Counted from the first letter of the stretch, positions 21,157-31,975 are shown. The stretch is 64,000 nt of DNA from Candidatus Dormiibacterota bacterium (GCA_963718525.1 OY970355.1:96001-160000); one strand, 5' to 3'. Notes: a model not told the origin generated them from the sequence alone. Numbers and translations are program-made.

Positions 21157-22143
21157 TCAGGGGATGGTCAGGACGAGGGCTCCCTGGACCTTTCCCTCTC
21201 GCAGCCGCGAGAGCGCCGTGTTCGCCTGGTCGAGCGGCAGCGTCTCAACCTGGGCGCGCACCGGAATCCGATGCGCGAGGGCCAGGAATTCACGGCCATC
21301 CTGACGGGTGAGATTGGCAATGGACCTCACCACGCGCTCTCCCCACAACAGGTCGTAGGAGAACGACGGAATGTCGCTCATGTGAATTCCCGCGCACACG
21401 ACGGTTCCACCCTTGCGAACAGCACCAAGGGCGAGCGGGACGAGCGCACCGACCGGCGCGAAGATGATCGCCGCATCGAGCTCCTCGGGCAGCGCCTGGT
21501 CCGTACCGCCCGCCCATTCGACACCGAGATGCCTCGCGAATTCCTGCGTGTCGCTGTCGCCCGGCCTGGTGATGGCGAAGACACGCCGTCCCTGGTAGCG
21601 GGCCACCTGAGCGATGATGTGCGCCGACGCGCCGAACCCATAGAGGCCAAGGCGCACGCCGTCTCCGGCTGCGTTGAGTGACCGGTAGCCGATGAGTTCC
21701 GCGCACAGGAGCGGCGCCGCATCGACCGGGCTGTACGAGCGGTCGACCGGGAAGCAGAACCGCGCGTCGGCAACCGCGTATTCGGCGTAGCCCCCATCGA
21801 TGTCGTAACCGGTGAAGCGCGCGCGGTCGCACAGATTCTCGCGTCCGGTCGTGCAGTACTCGCAGACCCCGTCGGTCCAGCCCAGCCAGGGGATGCCGAC
21901 ACGATCGCCGGCGCTCACGCTCTCCACGCCGGAGCCGCATTGCACGACGTCGCCGATGATCTGATGACCGGGAATGAGCGGTAGCTTGGGATGGGGCAGT
22001 TCCCCGTCGACGACATGCAGATCGGTCCGGCACAGAGCGCACGCGCCGATCTTCACGAGTACCTGTCCCTCGCCCGGCTCCGGTTCGGCAACAGTGGTCG
22101 CTCGCAAGGCGCGCCCGGGTGCATCGAGAACCATCGCCCGCAT
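21157..22143 (-). CDS. Zinc-dependent alcohol dehydrogenase family protein
   Basis: CRTDLH, GHQIIG, CEYC...ENLC, GFGASAH. Confidence 0.93.
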   Translation of the reverse strand: MRAMVLDAPGRALRATTVAEPEPGEGQVLVKIGACALCRTDLHVVDGELPHPKLPLIPGHQIIGDVVQCGSGVESVSAGDRVGIPWLGWTDGVCEYCTTGRENLCDRARFTGYDIDGGYAEYAVADARFCFPVDRSYSPVDAAPLLCAELIGYRSLNAAGDGVRLGLYGFGASAHIIAQVARYQGRRVFAITRPGDSDTQEFARHLGVEWAGGTDQALPEELDAAIIFAPVGALVPLALGAVRKGGTVVCAGIHMSDIPSFSYDLLWGERVVRSIANLTRQDGREFLALAHRIPVRAQVETLPLDQANTALSRLREGKVQGALVLTIP

Positions 22144-22244
22144 GACAACCATGGTAGTTCTCATGCCTCAGGCGGCAGACCGAGGTAACGGTTCAGCAAC
22201 CCGGCGCGTCCGGAAGGCCATGCCCACCGCAAACTCGATCTTCA

Positions 22245-23690
22245 ATGGCGGAAGTTGTCGAGCGGAGCCAGCTCAGCCTGCCCGCGCCCGAAGCCTCCTC
22301 GGAACGTCAGGGTGGGTACCGGCCGGACGCCCACGCCCGGGTGCTCGGAGTGCTCGTCCTGCGTGCCGGGGCGGCGGCCGCGGTGATCGCAGCCGTGATC
22401 ACCTTCGTGATCGCACCCATTCGGGGCACATTCGCAGGTGAGTTCGAGGACTTCGCCGCCTATCTGGCCGCGGCACGTTCTGTCGTGCACCACACCGACC
22501 TGTACTGGCAGTTCATTCACCAGCCGCCGAACGTCGCCCTGTCGGGGTTCGACTACCCGCCGGTTGTCGCATTCCTCGTGCAGCCGCTCGCGTGGATTCC
22601 AGCGAGTTCGGCGGCCACCCTCTGGCTGTGGCTGACCATCGCGTGCACCGCCGCCGCCGCGTGCATCGCAGCTTTCACCCTCCTGCCGCGTGGCTGGCCG
22701 CGCATCGAGATCGCGGCGCTCGTCACCTGTGTCTTCTCGGCGGCAACGTACAACTACTGGCACGGTCAGATGAACCCGGTGATCTTCCTGCTGCTTGCAC
22801 TCGCCGTCCACGCGTGGGTGCACGGCCACCAGACGCGCTTCGGTGTGCTGATCGGCATCGCCGCGTCGATCAAGCTCGCCCCGATTCTCCTGATCGTCCT
22901 GGTGATCCGACGCAGGTGGTGGCGTGCTGGAGCGGCATGTGCCGTCACCGTGGCCGTCGGCCTGGCGCTCGGCGTAATGACGCTTGGAGTCTCGACGCTG
23001 CGTGAGTACGTCACCCACGTGCTCCCCGTGCTGTCAGCCCAGGATGGGTGGCTGTACAACCAGTCGATCAGCGGCATCGTGAGCCGGCTCTTCGGGCACG
23101 CCGTGCTTGTCCCGCAGGCGGGATCGCTGCTGATCAGCATCATCACCTACGCGGTGCTGGCGGCGATGCTGGGGCTGCTCGTGTTCTCCGTATCGCCCGA
23201 GGTTCGCAACCGGCAGGTGAGCGGTGCGGAGTTCGCTGCGGGGACGCTGCTGATGCTCCTCGCCAGCACCATCACCTGGTACGCACATTACGTCAACGCG
23301 ATCATCGTCGTGTTCGCGGTTGTCGCGCTTGTTGTGCTGGGTAGGGAGTGGCGCCCTCGCGCGCTCGTCTGGTCGACCGTGGCGTTCGCTCTGGCCGTCG
23401 GGGTTGTCGCTCCCATCCTGATCGCCAACGTGACGTCGGCGGCGCAGCTGACCATGCTGAGTCACACGCCCTGGTGGTGGCTGCTCATGCAGGTGGCCTC
23501 GCTGCCTGCGCTGACGGCGACAGCACTCTTCGTGGCATTGACAGGGAGGTTGCGACGGAATGCGGCATCGGCCACCGCTCCGAGCGCCCAGACTGCATCC
23601 CCAACCGCGGGCGCGCTCCAAGCCCTGGCGAGATCATGGTTTCCGAGATCTTCACCTTTCCGCAAGGGTGCCCCGAGTAGTGTGCTCGGC
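22245..23690 (+). CDS. GT87/DUF2029 family membrane glycosyltransferase (in frame with the downstream small gene)
   Basis: FDYPP, GQMNP, IKLAP, NQSISG motifs; true 3' end uncertain. Confidence 0.8.
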
Positions 23691-23978
23691 ATGGCGCGAC
23701 CATCCCAGTTGGATTACGCCCGCCTCCGAAGAGACCACGGCCTTGCCCGCGCGCGTCGGCTGACCGTCTACTCCGCGGTGGGGGCCACCGCGTTCACCGG
23801 CGTCTTCGCCCTGGTGGCCGCCACCAGCTTGCCGGGACATTCGGTGACCACGTCGCCCGCGGCACAGCCCGGGTCCACCGATAACGGCGGCACCACGCAA
23901 CCCGGACTCAGCCCGCCGGTCCAGCAACCTCAGTACGCATACGGCGGGGCACCGGTAGCGGTATCCGGCGGATCCTGA
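23691..23978 (+). CDS. Small single-TM protein preceding ferric reductase-like gene
   Basis: MARPSQLDY...ARARRLTVYSAVGA TM, Pro/Gln-rich tail ending AVSGGS. Confidence 0.55.
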   Translation: MARPSQLDYARLRRDHGLARARRLTVYSAVGATAFTGVFALVAATSLPGHSVTTSPAAQPGSTDNGGTTQPGLSPPVQQPQYAYGGAPVAVSGGS

Positions 23979-23991
23979 CCGGACACGTCCG

Positions 23992-25011
23992 TTGCTAGCG
24001 GCCCTCGCCGGACCCACCCCGATGTGGTACGCGACGCGTGCCAGCGGGTACACCGCGCTGCTGCTGCTCAGCGCGAGTGTCGTGCTGGGAGTTCTGACGT
24101 CGTCTCGCGAGACCCGTCGCGACTGGCCTCGGTTCGTCGTCCAGTCGTTGCACCGCAACATCTCGCTGCTGGTCGGTGTGTTTCTGGTCATCCACATCCT
24201 GACGTCGGTGATCGACCCGTTCGCGAAGCTCAATCTCCTCGACGCGTTCATCCCCTTCGTGGCAACCTACCGGCCACTGTGGCTCGGCCTGGGTGTCGTC
24301 GGGTTCGAGTTGCTGATCGCGATCACGGCGACGAGCCTCATGCGCCATCGTCTCGGCTGGCGGTCGTGGCGGTTCGTCCATCTTTTCGCGTATGCCAGCT
24401 GGCCGGTTGCCGTCGTGCATGGACTCGGCACCGGGACTGATACGAAGTCGCTCTGGGCGCTGCTGCTCGTCGCCGTGTGCGTCGTTGCGGTGGTTGGGGC
24501 GGTCACGTGGCGGCTCGCCAACGCAGGTCGGAGATACATCGCCCTCCAAGTCGTGGGCATCGCTGGCAGCGTGGCCGCGACCGGCGTGCTCGTCGCGTGG
24601 ATGGCCGTCGGTCCGCTGCAGCATGGGTGGGCCAAGGCAGCAGGCACGCCGGCGGATCTGCTGGCGGGGCCGGGAGGCACGCCCACAGCCACGTCGCCCC
24701 CTGCCGCCGCGCTCACCGCGGGACTGAACGACCCGCTCGCCGGCACCCTCGTGCGCTCGACAACCAATGCAACCGCAACGCTCACCGATACCCGCGATCG
24801 CACGCTGATGGTCCTGATCGTCGCCAACGCTGATGGCACCGGAACGCTGACCGTCACCAGGTCCGGGGTGGAGGTGTGCCGGGGTGCCGCGACGATCGGC
24901 AACACCGCTGTCACCGCACCCTGTGGCTCGGTGATCGCCACCGTCCAGGTCGTCGACCAGGGCAACGGCGCAATCTCCGGGACGCTCACGACCCAGAAGG
25001 CGACCGCGTGA
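23992..25011 (+). CDS. Ferric reductase-like transmembrane domain protein
   Basis: WYATRASG, LHRNISLL, WRFVHLFAYASW, HGLGTGTD. Confidence 0.85.
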   Translation: MLAALAGPTPMWYATRASGYTALLLLSASVVLGVLTSSRETRRDWPRFVVQSLHRNISLLVGVFLVIHILTSVIDPFAKLNLLDAFIPFVATYRPLWLGLGVVGFELLIAITATSLMRHRLGWRSWRFVHLFAYASWPVAVVHGLGTGTDTKSLWALLLVAVCVVAVVGAVTWRLANAGRRYIALQVVGIAGSVAATGVLVAWMAVGPLQHGWAKAAGTPADLLAGPGGTPTATSPPAAALTAGLNDPLAGTLVRSTTNATATLTDTRDRTLMVLIVANADGTGTLTVTRSGVEVCRGAATIGNTAVTAPCGSVIATVQVVDQGNGAISGTLTTQKATA

Positions 25012-26297
25012 CCGCTCCCACCGACGCCGCTGACACAGCGCAGCGCCTCCTCCCTCCTCGTCCCGTGCCGGAAGACCTCGACGCCCACCTGGCTGCCTTC
25101 GGCCCCCGGCCGCGTGTCGACCCGATCGCCATGATCGACGCGCTCGATGAGAGCGGACTTCGCGGACGCGGCGGCGCCGACTTTCCGACCGGCGTGAAGT
25201 GGGGCGCGGTGAAGGAGCACGTAGCCGCCCGGGGCGGCGACGCGGTCGTGGTGGCGAACGCCGCCGAGTGCGAGCCCGCGAGCTTCAAGGACCGGTTCCT
25301 GCTGACCCACCGGCCTCACCTCGTCCTCGACGGCCTCGAGCACGCTGCCGAAGCCGTCGGCGCTCGAAGGGTGGTCATCTTCACGACGCGCGCACACGGC
25401 GACGTCGAAGCCGGCCTCCGCGCAGCAATCACGGAGCGGAGACGTCGCGATGGGAACGAGACGTTCATCGAGGTCCAGGTCGGGCCGAACCGATACGTCG
25501 CGGGTGAGGAGACCGCGCTGATCTCGCGTATCTCCGGGCATCTCGCCAAACCGAAGGTTGTTCCTCCACGCCCGTTTCAGAGCGGGGTCGATCGCCTGCC
25601 CACGCTCGTTCAGAACGTCGAGACCCTCGCTCATGCGGCGCTCGTCGCCCGATTGGGTGCTTCGTGGTTTCGGTCTGCGGGCACCCGACGGTCGCCCGGG
25701 ACGGCACTTCTGACCGTCAGCGGCGCGGTGCATACGCCGGGCGTGGTCGAGGTGGCCTGCGATTCGACCGTTGGAGAGATCGTCGATCGCGCGGGCGGCG
25801 CCGACAGCGAGCCCGCAGCGGTGTTGCTCGGCGGGTACTTCGGCCGGTGGGTCGCTGCAGACCGGCTCTGGAATCAGACGATCGACGCCGATTCGCTGCG
25901 ATCGGTTGGTGCCACGCTCGGCGCCGGGGTGCTCGTCGTCGCCCCGGCCACGACCTGTGGGATCAGCGAGACCGATCGTGTCCTGACCTTTCTCGCCGGC
26001 CAGAGCGCTGGACAGTGCGGCCCATGTCACGTCGGCCTGCCCGCGGTCGCCGACACCTTCCACAAGGTCGCCACCGGCCGAGCACGCCCGGCTGCGCTCG
26101 ACCTGCTCGTGCGTTGGTCGCACGACATTCGGGGCCGAGGCGCCTGCAGGCATCCCGACGGAGCGATGCTCTTTCTCGCCAGCGCGATGGACGTCTTTGC
26201 CGCCGATCTCCGGCATCACCTCAGGCACGGAGCCTGCCGGTTCTCGGGCCAGCCCGCGTCGCTGCCCGTGCCCCCGACCGAGGCGGGCTGGTGGTGA
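25008..26297 (+). CDS. NuoF-like flavoprotein (NADH-binding 51 kDa subunit family)
   Basis: SGLRGRGGADFP, YVAGEETAL, SAGQCGPC...GACRHPDG. Confidence 0.88.
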   Translation: MTAPTDAADTAQRLLPPRPVPEDLDAHLAAFGPRPRVDPIAMIDALDESGLRGRGGADFPTGVKWGAVKEHVAARGGDAVVVANAAECEPASFKDRFLLTHRPHLVLDGLEHAAEAVGARRVVIFTTRAHGDVEAGLRAAITERRRRDGNETFIEVQVGPNRYVAGEETALISRISGHLAKPKVVPPRPFQSGVDRLPTLVQNVETLAHAALVARLGASWFRSAGTRRSPGTALLTVSGAVHTPGVVEVACDSTVGEIVDRAGGADSEPAAVLLGGYFGRWVAADRLWNQTIDADSLRSVGATLGAGVLVVAPATTCGISETDRVLTFLAGQSAGQCGPCHVGLPAVADTFHKVATGRARPAALDLLVRWSHDIRGRGACRHPDGAMLFLASAMDVFAADLRHHLRHGACRFSGQPASLPVPPTEAGWW

Positions 26298-26533
26298 GAG
26301 TTCGTCTGCGCGTGGATCCGATCAAATGCAAGGCACACGGCATGTGCGGCGAGCTGCTTCCGGAGCGCATCCGCATGGATGACTGGGGCTACCCGGTGAT
26401 CGACCAGCGCGTGCTCCCCGACGACCTCCTCGACCTCGCCCGTCGTGCGGTCGCCGACTGCCCTCGCACGGCTCTACGGCTCGACCCTCTCGACGATCCG
26501 GGTGCGCGAGAGCGGCCAGACGACCCCGACTGA
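26294..26533 (+). CDS. Ferredoxin
   Basis: VDPIKCKAHGMC...AVADCPRTAL. Confidence 0.85.
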   Translation: MRVRLRVDPIKCKAHGMCGELLPERIRMDDWGYPVIDQRVLPDDLLDLARRAVADCPRTALRLDPLDDPGARERPDDPD

Positions 26534-27694
26534 GGTTCCCCCGCCCGGAACGTCGTCGATGTGCCAGTGGCCCTTCGTCGCTTCCACGACGGCGTTGCCG
26601 ATGGCGAGGCCGAGCCCGGCTCCGTCACCCTCGCTGGTGCCACGGCGAAACCGCTCGAAGATCCGCTCCCGCCGCTCTGCGGGAATGCCTGGACCCGTGT
26701 CGCTCACCGTCAGGCGCACGTGGTCACGCTCGGTCACCGCTGCGATCGTCACCGTCCCTCCGGCACGCGTGTATCTGCACGCGTTGTCGAGGAGCACACC
26801 GATCAGGCGATCGATCCAGTCCGCAGGTGCATCCACGAGGGCGAGCCTGGCTCCGTCGCTTCGATTCTCGAGGTGGAGTCGAGCGTGTTCCGCGATGGGA
26901 ACGAACCGTTGCACGCCCACCTCGGCGGCGGTGGTGAGATCCACGGGCTCGGTCATCGGCTCCGGGGGAAAGGCGTCGAAGCGCGCGAGCCAGAGGAGAT
27001 CGTCGACGATCATCCGCATCCGATGGGTCTCATCCGCTACCCGGCGGAGCGTCGCGTCGTCACCGCCATTGCTTTCGAGATTCGCGAGCGCGAGCGTTGT
27101 CTCCGCCTCGATCACGGCCAGCGGCGTGCGAAGTTCGTGCGAAGCGTCGGCGGTGAATTCGAGCTGGCGCAGGCGCGCTCGTTCGCTCGGTCCGGCGCTC
27201 TGCCGCCCGACCACGAGCGCACCGGCGAACACGAGGATGAGCAGGACCGGGGTCACGACGGCCTCGGTGATGAGGAGTGCTGTGAGCGCGTGCGCTTCGT
27301 TGCCGAGACTGACGGCGCCGATGAGCCTGCCGTTTGGAATCGCCGCACCTGCGACCAGAACGTCAGCGCCCGCAATGTGCGTCTCCGTTGGCGACGACGC
27401 GCTGAACGCGCTCTTGGGGAGCGATGGGGCACCCGCCGAGGCCGCAAGAACATCACCCGACGTGCTGAGCCGCCAGACGAGCACGGGGTCGTCGACATCC
27501 GGCTCGTCGAGATGAGGGATCGGTTCCTGAGCAAGATGCGCGAGCTCGGCGGTGAGCCGGGACGTGGCGGTCGATCGCAGCGTCTGCGCCACGATCACAT
27601 CGATCGCCACGCAGAGCGCCAGGGTCAATCCGGCGACGACCGCGGTGGTGATGAGCGCGATCCGCAATGCACGGCCGGACAGCAGCGTTGTCAC
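26474..27694 (-). CDS. Sensor histidine kinase
   Basis: ADASHELRTP, LLDNACRY, DTGPGI, GAGLGL. Confidence 0.93.
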   Translation of the reverse strand: MTTLLSGRALRIALITTAVVAGLTLALCVAIDVIVAQTLRSTATSRLTAELAHLAQEPIPHLDEPDVDDPVLVWRLSTSGDVLAASAGAPSLPKSAFSASSPTETHIAGADVLVAGAAIPNGRLIGAVSLGNEAHALTALLITEAVVTPVLLILVFAGALVVGRQSAGPSERARLRQLEFTADASHELRTPLAVIEAETTLALANLESNGGDDATLRRVADETHRMRMIVDDLLWLARFDAFPPEPMTEPVDLTTAAEVGVQRFVPIAEHARLHLENRSDGARLALVDAPADWIDRLIGVLLDNACRYTRAGGTVTIAAVTERDHVRLTVSDTGPGIPAERRERIFERFRRGTSEGDGAGLGLAIGNAVVEATKGHWHIDDVPGGGTSVGVVWPLSRTRIVERVEP

Positions 27695-28365
27695 GAGGAC
27701 CGCTCCACGAGCCGGTAGCCGACGCTTCGCACTGCTTCCACCCTGACCCCCGCGCCGGCCAGCTTCGCCCGCAACCGCGTCACGTGCACGTCAATGTTGT
27801 TGGATGCAATGGGGTTGAGCGCGTCCGACCACGCATGGTGTGCGATGGCGTCGCGGCTCACCACTGCCGGGCTTCGGCGCACGAGCAGCTCGACGATCGC
27901 GTACTCGGTCGGCGTGAGCGCCACCGGCGTGCCGCTCACCCACGCGGCTCGCGTCGCCGGGTCGATGGTGAGCCCGGCGGCGCGGAGGCGCACGCCAAGC
28001 GTGGCCGGCGGGCGGCGCATCAGGGCTCGGAGCCGGGCGAGCAGTTCCTGGAAGTCGAACGGCTTGACCAGGTAGTCATCACACCCGGCGTCGAGACCGC
28101 GTATACGGTCTGACGGCGTGTCGCGAGCGGTGAGCATGAGCACCGGAGTGGCGAGGTTGCGTGCGCGGATCGCGGTCACCACGTCGATGCCATCCATCAC
28201 CGGCATGCGCCAGTCGACGACAGCCGCCACGTACTGATGCAGCAGGATCAGGTCCAGTGCCTCATCGCCTCGAGCGGCGATGTCGACCGTGTAGCCGGCG
28301 GAGCGCAACCCGCGCTCGAGGACGTCGCGCAGCTTCGCGTCGTCTTCAGCGACGAGGACGCGCAT
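27691..28365 (-). CDS. OmpR-family response regulator
   Basis: MRVLVAEDD, DWRMP, DDYLVKPF, winged-helix C-terminus. Confidence 0.93.
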   Translation of the reverse strand: MRVLVAEDDAKLRDVLERGLRSAGYTVDIAARGDEALDLILLHQYVAAVVDWRMPVMDGIDVVTAIRARNLATPVLMLTARDTPSDRIRGLDAGCDDYLVKPFDFQELLARLRALMRRPPATLGVRLRAAGLTIDPATRAAWVSGTPVALTPTEYAIVELLVRRSPAVVSRDAIAHHAWSDALNPIASNNIDVHVTRLRAKLAGAGVRVEAVRSVGYRLVERSS

Positions 28366-28488
28366 CGAGGAGTGTTGTCGAGGACGGGCGAGACCGGTAC
28401 ACGCGCGTTGAGCGTACTCCGAGACTGCGCCTTCACCGTTTTGCAAGGGAACGCGCGATACGCTGCCGGGGTGAGGGCGAAGCATCCA

Positions 28489-29028
28489 TTGATCAATCGA
28501 ACCCTGGCATTCGCGCGTGTGGATTGGGCGCCGTCGCACCGCCAGCCGACCATCGCGCGGCTGGCAGTCGCGACCATGATCGCCGTCGCCGGCTCGCTGG
28601 CCGCTGACGCGCTGCTGGTCGCGATCGGCACGCACGTCCTCCCGACCACCGCCGGGTATGGACACTTCCGGTTCAACGACTACGCCAAGCTCACGATCAT
28701 CGGCGTGCTGGTCGGCGCCGCGGGGTGGCCGGTGGTGACCCACATCAGTTCCGCGCCGCGATGGCTCTACGGCTGGCTGACCATCCTGATCAGTCTCGCG
28801 CTCTTCCTTCCTGATGCATGGCTGCTGGTCCGCGGTCAGCCACCGAGGGCGGTCGCCGTGTTGATGGCGATGCACGTTGCGATCGCGGTGGTCATCTATT
28901 GCGCGATGGTGTTTGTCGCGCCGATCCGCACACTCCGCAGCCGGACGGATCGAGCTATCCCAATGCCGGCCGAGCCGTCAGCAGACCGAGCGACGACGTC
29001 TCCAGCCGGCCGGCCTGCCTCGCGCTGA
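28489..29028 (+). CDS. Four-TM membrane protein (DUF6069-like)
   Basis: Hydrophobic ORF; FLPDAWLL, LMAMHVAIA. Confidence 0.6.
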   Translation: MINRTLAFARVDWAPSHRQPTIARLAVATMIAVAGSLAADALLVAIGTHVLPTTAGYGHFRFNDYAKLTIIGVLVGAAGWPVVTHISSAPRWLYGWLTILISLALFLPDAWLLVRGQPPRAVAVLMAMHVAIAVVIYCAMVFVAPIRTLRSRTDRAIPMPAEPSADRATTSPAGRPASR

Positions 29029-29782
29029 GCTGCCCGTCGCTGACGAGGCGCTGCAGCACATAGGTCATTCGCGCTTCCGCGGCGGCGAGGTGGCGTAGCG
29101 GATCGAGTGAGCTGGGGGCCTGGACGATTCCCGCGAGCATCGCGGCCTGGGGCCAACTCAGTTGGGATGGTGTGACACCGAAGTAGCCGTGACTTGCAGC
29201 GCTGATGCCATAGAAGCCGTGGCCGAAATAGACCTCCGAGAGATACATCGAGAGGATGGCGCCTTTGGTGTAGTGTGTGTCGAACTCCAGCGCAAGTGAT
29301 ACCCGCCGCACGCGTCCCCAGAAGCCGCCGGTGACCGCCGGATACAGCATGTGCGCAAGCTGCATCTCGATGGTGCTGCCACCGAGGTCCTTGCCCGTGA
29401 CAAATCCCCAGAAGGCACGCAACAACGCCACGTCATCGACGCCGTTGTTCGAATAGAAGGTCTCATCCTCGGCCGCGACGAGCGCTTGTGCGATGCGTTC
29501 TGCGGGAGCGATCGCCGTAGGCGCCGACCCACGAGCCCGGTCACCGGCGGCAACGATCGAAGGCGCCGTCGCCACGTTGGGGTCGGTCACGACATTGACT
29601 TCGAGCGCGATGGCGATTGTGTTGAGGCACACGAGCACGACACGGACCCAACGACGGACGTGTCGGTGTCGCGCCGAAGGTCCCACTGTTGCCGCTCCCT
29701 CGGGTCGAAGGGTTGGGCGTGGAACTGGGGCTTCGGGTGCCGAAACAGACGGGTCTGGGGTTATGACCACCGACATGATCAA
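28955..29782 (-). CDS. Monofunctional peptidoglycan transglycosylase (GT51)
   Basis: AAEDETFY, GGSTIEMQLA, YLSEVYFG, QAAMLAG. Confidence 0.88.
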   Translation of the reverse strand: MIMSVVITPDPSVSAPEAPVPRPTLRPEGAATVGPSARHRHVRRWVRVVLVCLNTIAIALEVNVVTDPNVATAPSIVAAGDRARGSAPTAIAPAERIAQALVAAEDETFYSNNGVDDVALLRAFWGFVTGKDLGGSTIEMQLAHMLYPAVTGGFWGRVRRVSLALEFDTHYTKGAILSMYLSEVYFGHGFYGISAASHGYFGVTPSQLSWPQAAMLAGIVQAPSSLDPLRHLAAAEARMTYVLQRLVSDGQLSARQAGRLETSSLGLLTARPALG

Positions 29783-29907
29783 CCGTGGCTCGGCGCAATC
29801 GGTGCGCCATCCTCTCTCGGAGGAAACGGTAACCGGCCGGTCCCGTTTCGGTCCAGCGCCAGGGACCGCCTGCCCGCCGCTTCAGTGCTCGGCGAGCAAC
29901 CCGCGCG

Positions 29908-30912
29908 CTATGGCGGCGGCGGACCCGCGCCGGACCGGCGCCGCATGTCCGCGTAGTGACGCCGCCAGATCAGCCTGTGGATCGGAATCCAGCGCGGAAT
30001 ATCACGCAGTCCAGGGATGAACGGGAGCAACAGGAGCAGGGCGGTCAGCAGCAGCATCACCCCGACCACCGCGAGGTCGGTGTTCGCCGAGCTGATCCCC
30101 AGAAAGCCGGTGGACGAGTTGAAGGGCGGGATCTGGTACCACATCGTGTAGAGCCAGAGCCACGCCGAACCCGGATAGCGGCCGGTCTCGTTCATCACAC
30201 CCCAGTCGCTGCCGATGAGCTTCTGCTGTGTCGCGAGGTCGGCGATGTAGCCGCCGTCATCGAGAAAGAGCAGTGGCCGGGAGAAATCGGTCTGGTAGAA
30301 GTGGTCGCTGGTCAGGAGCAGCGCATCCAGGCCACCGGACCTGGCCAGGGTGAGCATGCGATCCATCAGCACCGAAACCGGGCCGAAGTCTCCGGACGGC
30401 ACGGTCACGGTCCCGTCCGAGGCCACGGTCGCCGTGCCAAGCGCGGTCGTGTAGCTCGTGAGCCACTTCTGCTGCTGATCACCCGACGCCGCCTTGTACG
30501 TAGTCAGGGCCGAGGCGAGCGCGGCATCCCCCGCGGTCGCCTGGGTGAGCGGCTGGAGCACGAAGTCGTTGGGTGGGTTGATGGGAACGTGCACACCCGC
30601 CCACGACTGCGGAGCCAGCGGGCCCCAGCTCTGCACCGATCCGCTTCCCGAGTTATAGGGTGCTCCGTACCCGGCGACGATCGTCGTACCGGCGAGCTCC
30701 CCAGTTGCTGTCGTGAGGAAATCCACTGGATCCGCCTTCGACCAGGTCTGCAGGGTCACGGACGGCACGTCCGGCGATGAGAGCACCGCCGAGAGAATGA
30801 GCACCACTCCCAGGACGCCGATCATCGCGAAGGTGACCTCCTTGAGGAGGTCATAGGGCATCATCGGGACCCCGCGGTAGTAGGTCTTCTTGTCGACCTT
30901 CGACGCCTTCAC
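29908..30912 (-). CDS. Membrane protein associated with cytochrome b (subunit IV-like N-terminus)
   Basis: PYDLLKE N-terminal TM, WLWLYTMWYQ, LPFIPGLR; coupled to cytochrome b gene. Confidence 0.7.
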   Translation of the reverse strand: MKASKVDKKTYYRGVPMMPYDLLKEVTFAMIGVLGVVLILSAVLSSPDVPSVTLQTWSKADPVDFLTTATGELAGTTIVAGYGAPYNSGSGSVQSWGPLAPQSWAGVHVPINPPNDFVLQPLTQATAGDAALASALTTYKAASGDQQQKWLTSYTTALGTATVASDGTVTVPSGDFGPVSVLMDRMLTLARSGGLDALLLTSDHFYQTDFSRPLLFLDDGGYIADLATQQKLIGSDWGVMNETGRYPGSAWLWLYTMWYQIPPFNSSTGFLGISSANTDLAVVGVMLLLTALLLLLPFIPGLRDIPRWIPIHRLIWRRHYADMRRRSGAGPPPP

Positions 30913-31586
30913 GGCGCCACCTGGAACGGATCGTCGATTGGCCGAACCACGCCCTTCGCCCGCACCTGGATGATGTGGAGCACCACCAGGAGAGTCACGC
31001 CGATCGGGAACAGCATCACGTGCAGCCCGTACATCTGGCCGAAGTTGAGGGCGTTGAACAGTCCACCGAAGCCCGTCGAGTTGATCGCGTCCTTGGCGTT
31101 GATCGCGATCCACTGGGAGTCGAAGTTCTGCTGGACGACGTATCCGGTGAACGCGGTCCCGATGCTGATGGCGAAGATCACGACTCCCACCATCCAGGTC
31201 TTGGCTCTGCCGTCACGCCAGCCGGCGCCCCAGAACTGGCCCCAGAGATGGAGCACCATGAAGATGAAGAACATCTGGACCGACCAGAAGTGAATGCTGT
31301 TGAAGAAGTGCCCGACCGACGACACATGCCACCACGCGGAACCGAAGAATGCGAGCACGACGCCGCTGAGCACCACCCAGAACAAGGCGGCGATGGTGAC
31401 GACGCCGAAGACGTAGACCCACGAGCCGATGTACGCCGGCTGCTTGGTTGGGAGCAGTTCGGTGATCGGCAGCGTCTTCTCGACGCGCCGGCGGACGGAC
31501 GCAGTCCACCCACTCTCATTTTCAGCGGCAGGTGCCTCCGGCGCTGCGATCTGGTCGACGGGCTCAAACGCCTGCTGCTCAGTGAT
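30909..31586 (-). CDS. Cytochrome b/b6 N-terminal domain protein
   Basis: Heme-ligand His pattern SIHFWS...VLHLW, GLHVM...VLHI; start codon uncertain. Confidence 0.85.
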   Translation of the reverse strand: MTEQQAFEPVDQIAAPEAPAAENESGWTASVRRRVEKTLPITELLPTKQPAYIGSWVYVFGVVTIAALFWVVLSGVVLAFFGSAWWHVSSVGHFFNSIHFWSVQMFFIFMVLHLWGQFWGAGWRDGRAKTWMVGVVIFAISIGTAFTGYVVQQNFDSQWIAINAKDAINSTGFGGLFNALNFGQMYGLHVMLFPIGVTLLVVLHIIQVRAKGVVRPIDDPFQVAP

Positions 31587-31728
31587 CGCGGGGCTCCTTC
31601 GGCCGGTGCGTCGGGAACGGCGCGATGAGTGCAAGCACGAAGAGCAGCACCATCACGCAGATGAGGATGAAGTTCGGCAGCGAGATGAGAATGAAGCCCC
31701 AGTGAATGTAGGGCGCCGGCGCATCCAT
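31579..31728 (-). CDS. Small membrane protein (49 aa) heading the cytochrome b operon
   Basis: Manual translation MDAPAPYIHWGFILISLPNFILICVMVLLFVLALIAPFPTHRPKEPRDH; GGAGG RBS. Confidence 0.7.
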   Translation of the reverse strand: MDAPAPYIHWGFILISLPNFILICVMVLLFVLALIAPFPTHRPKEPRDH

Positions 31729-31975
31729 TGGCAGCCTCCGTTTCAGATCGGGATTGTCAAATGCGAGTGTGTGGTTCGACGTGCGCTACTTGGAAGGGTC
31801 GGATGTCGGCGGATCAGGGTGACATGCGCCATCGCGGTGTGTGACCAATGACCTTGCTACAATACGTCCTGGCGCGCCCAATGCACCGGGCCACGTCGCT
31901 CGGAAGCGCCACCCGACCGCGTCGAACGTCGACGCGGCCCCTGAGATATCCCAACGTGTCGGCTACGATACGCGC

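Noticed and set aside
22420-22445. Half-match to the array site (TTCGGGGCACATTCGCAGG)
   Set aside because: Inside a coding region and lacks the right arm; probably chance.
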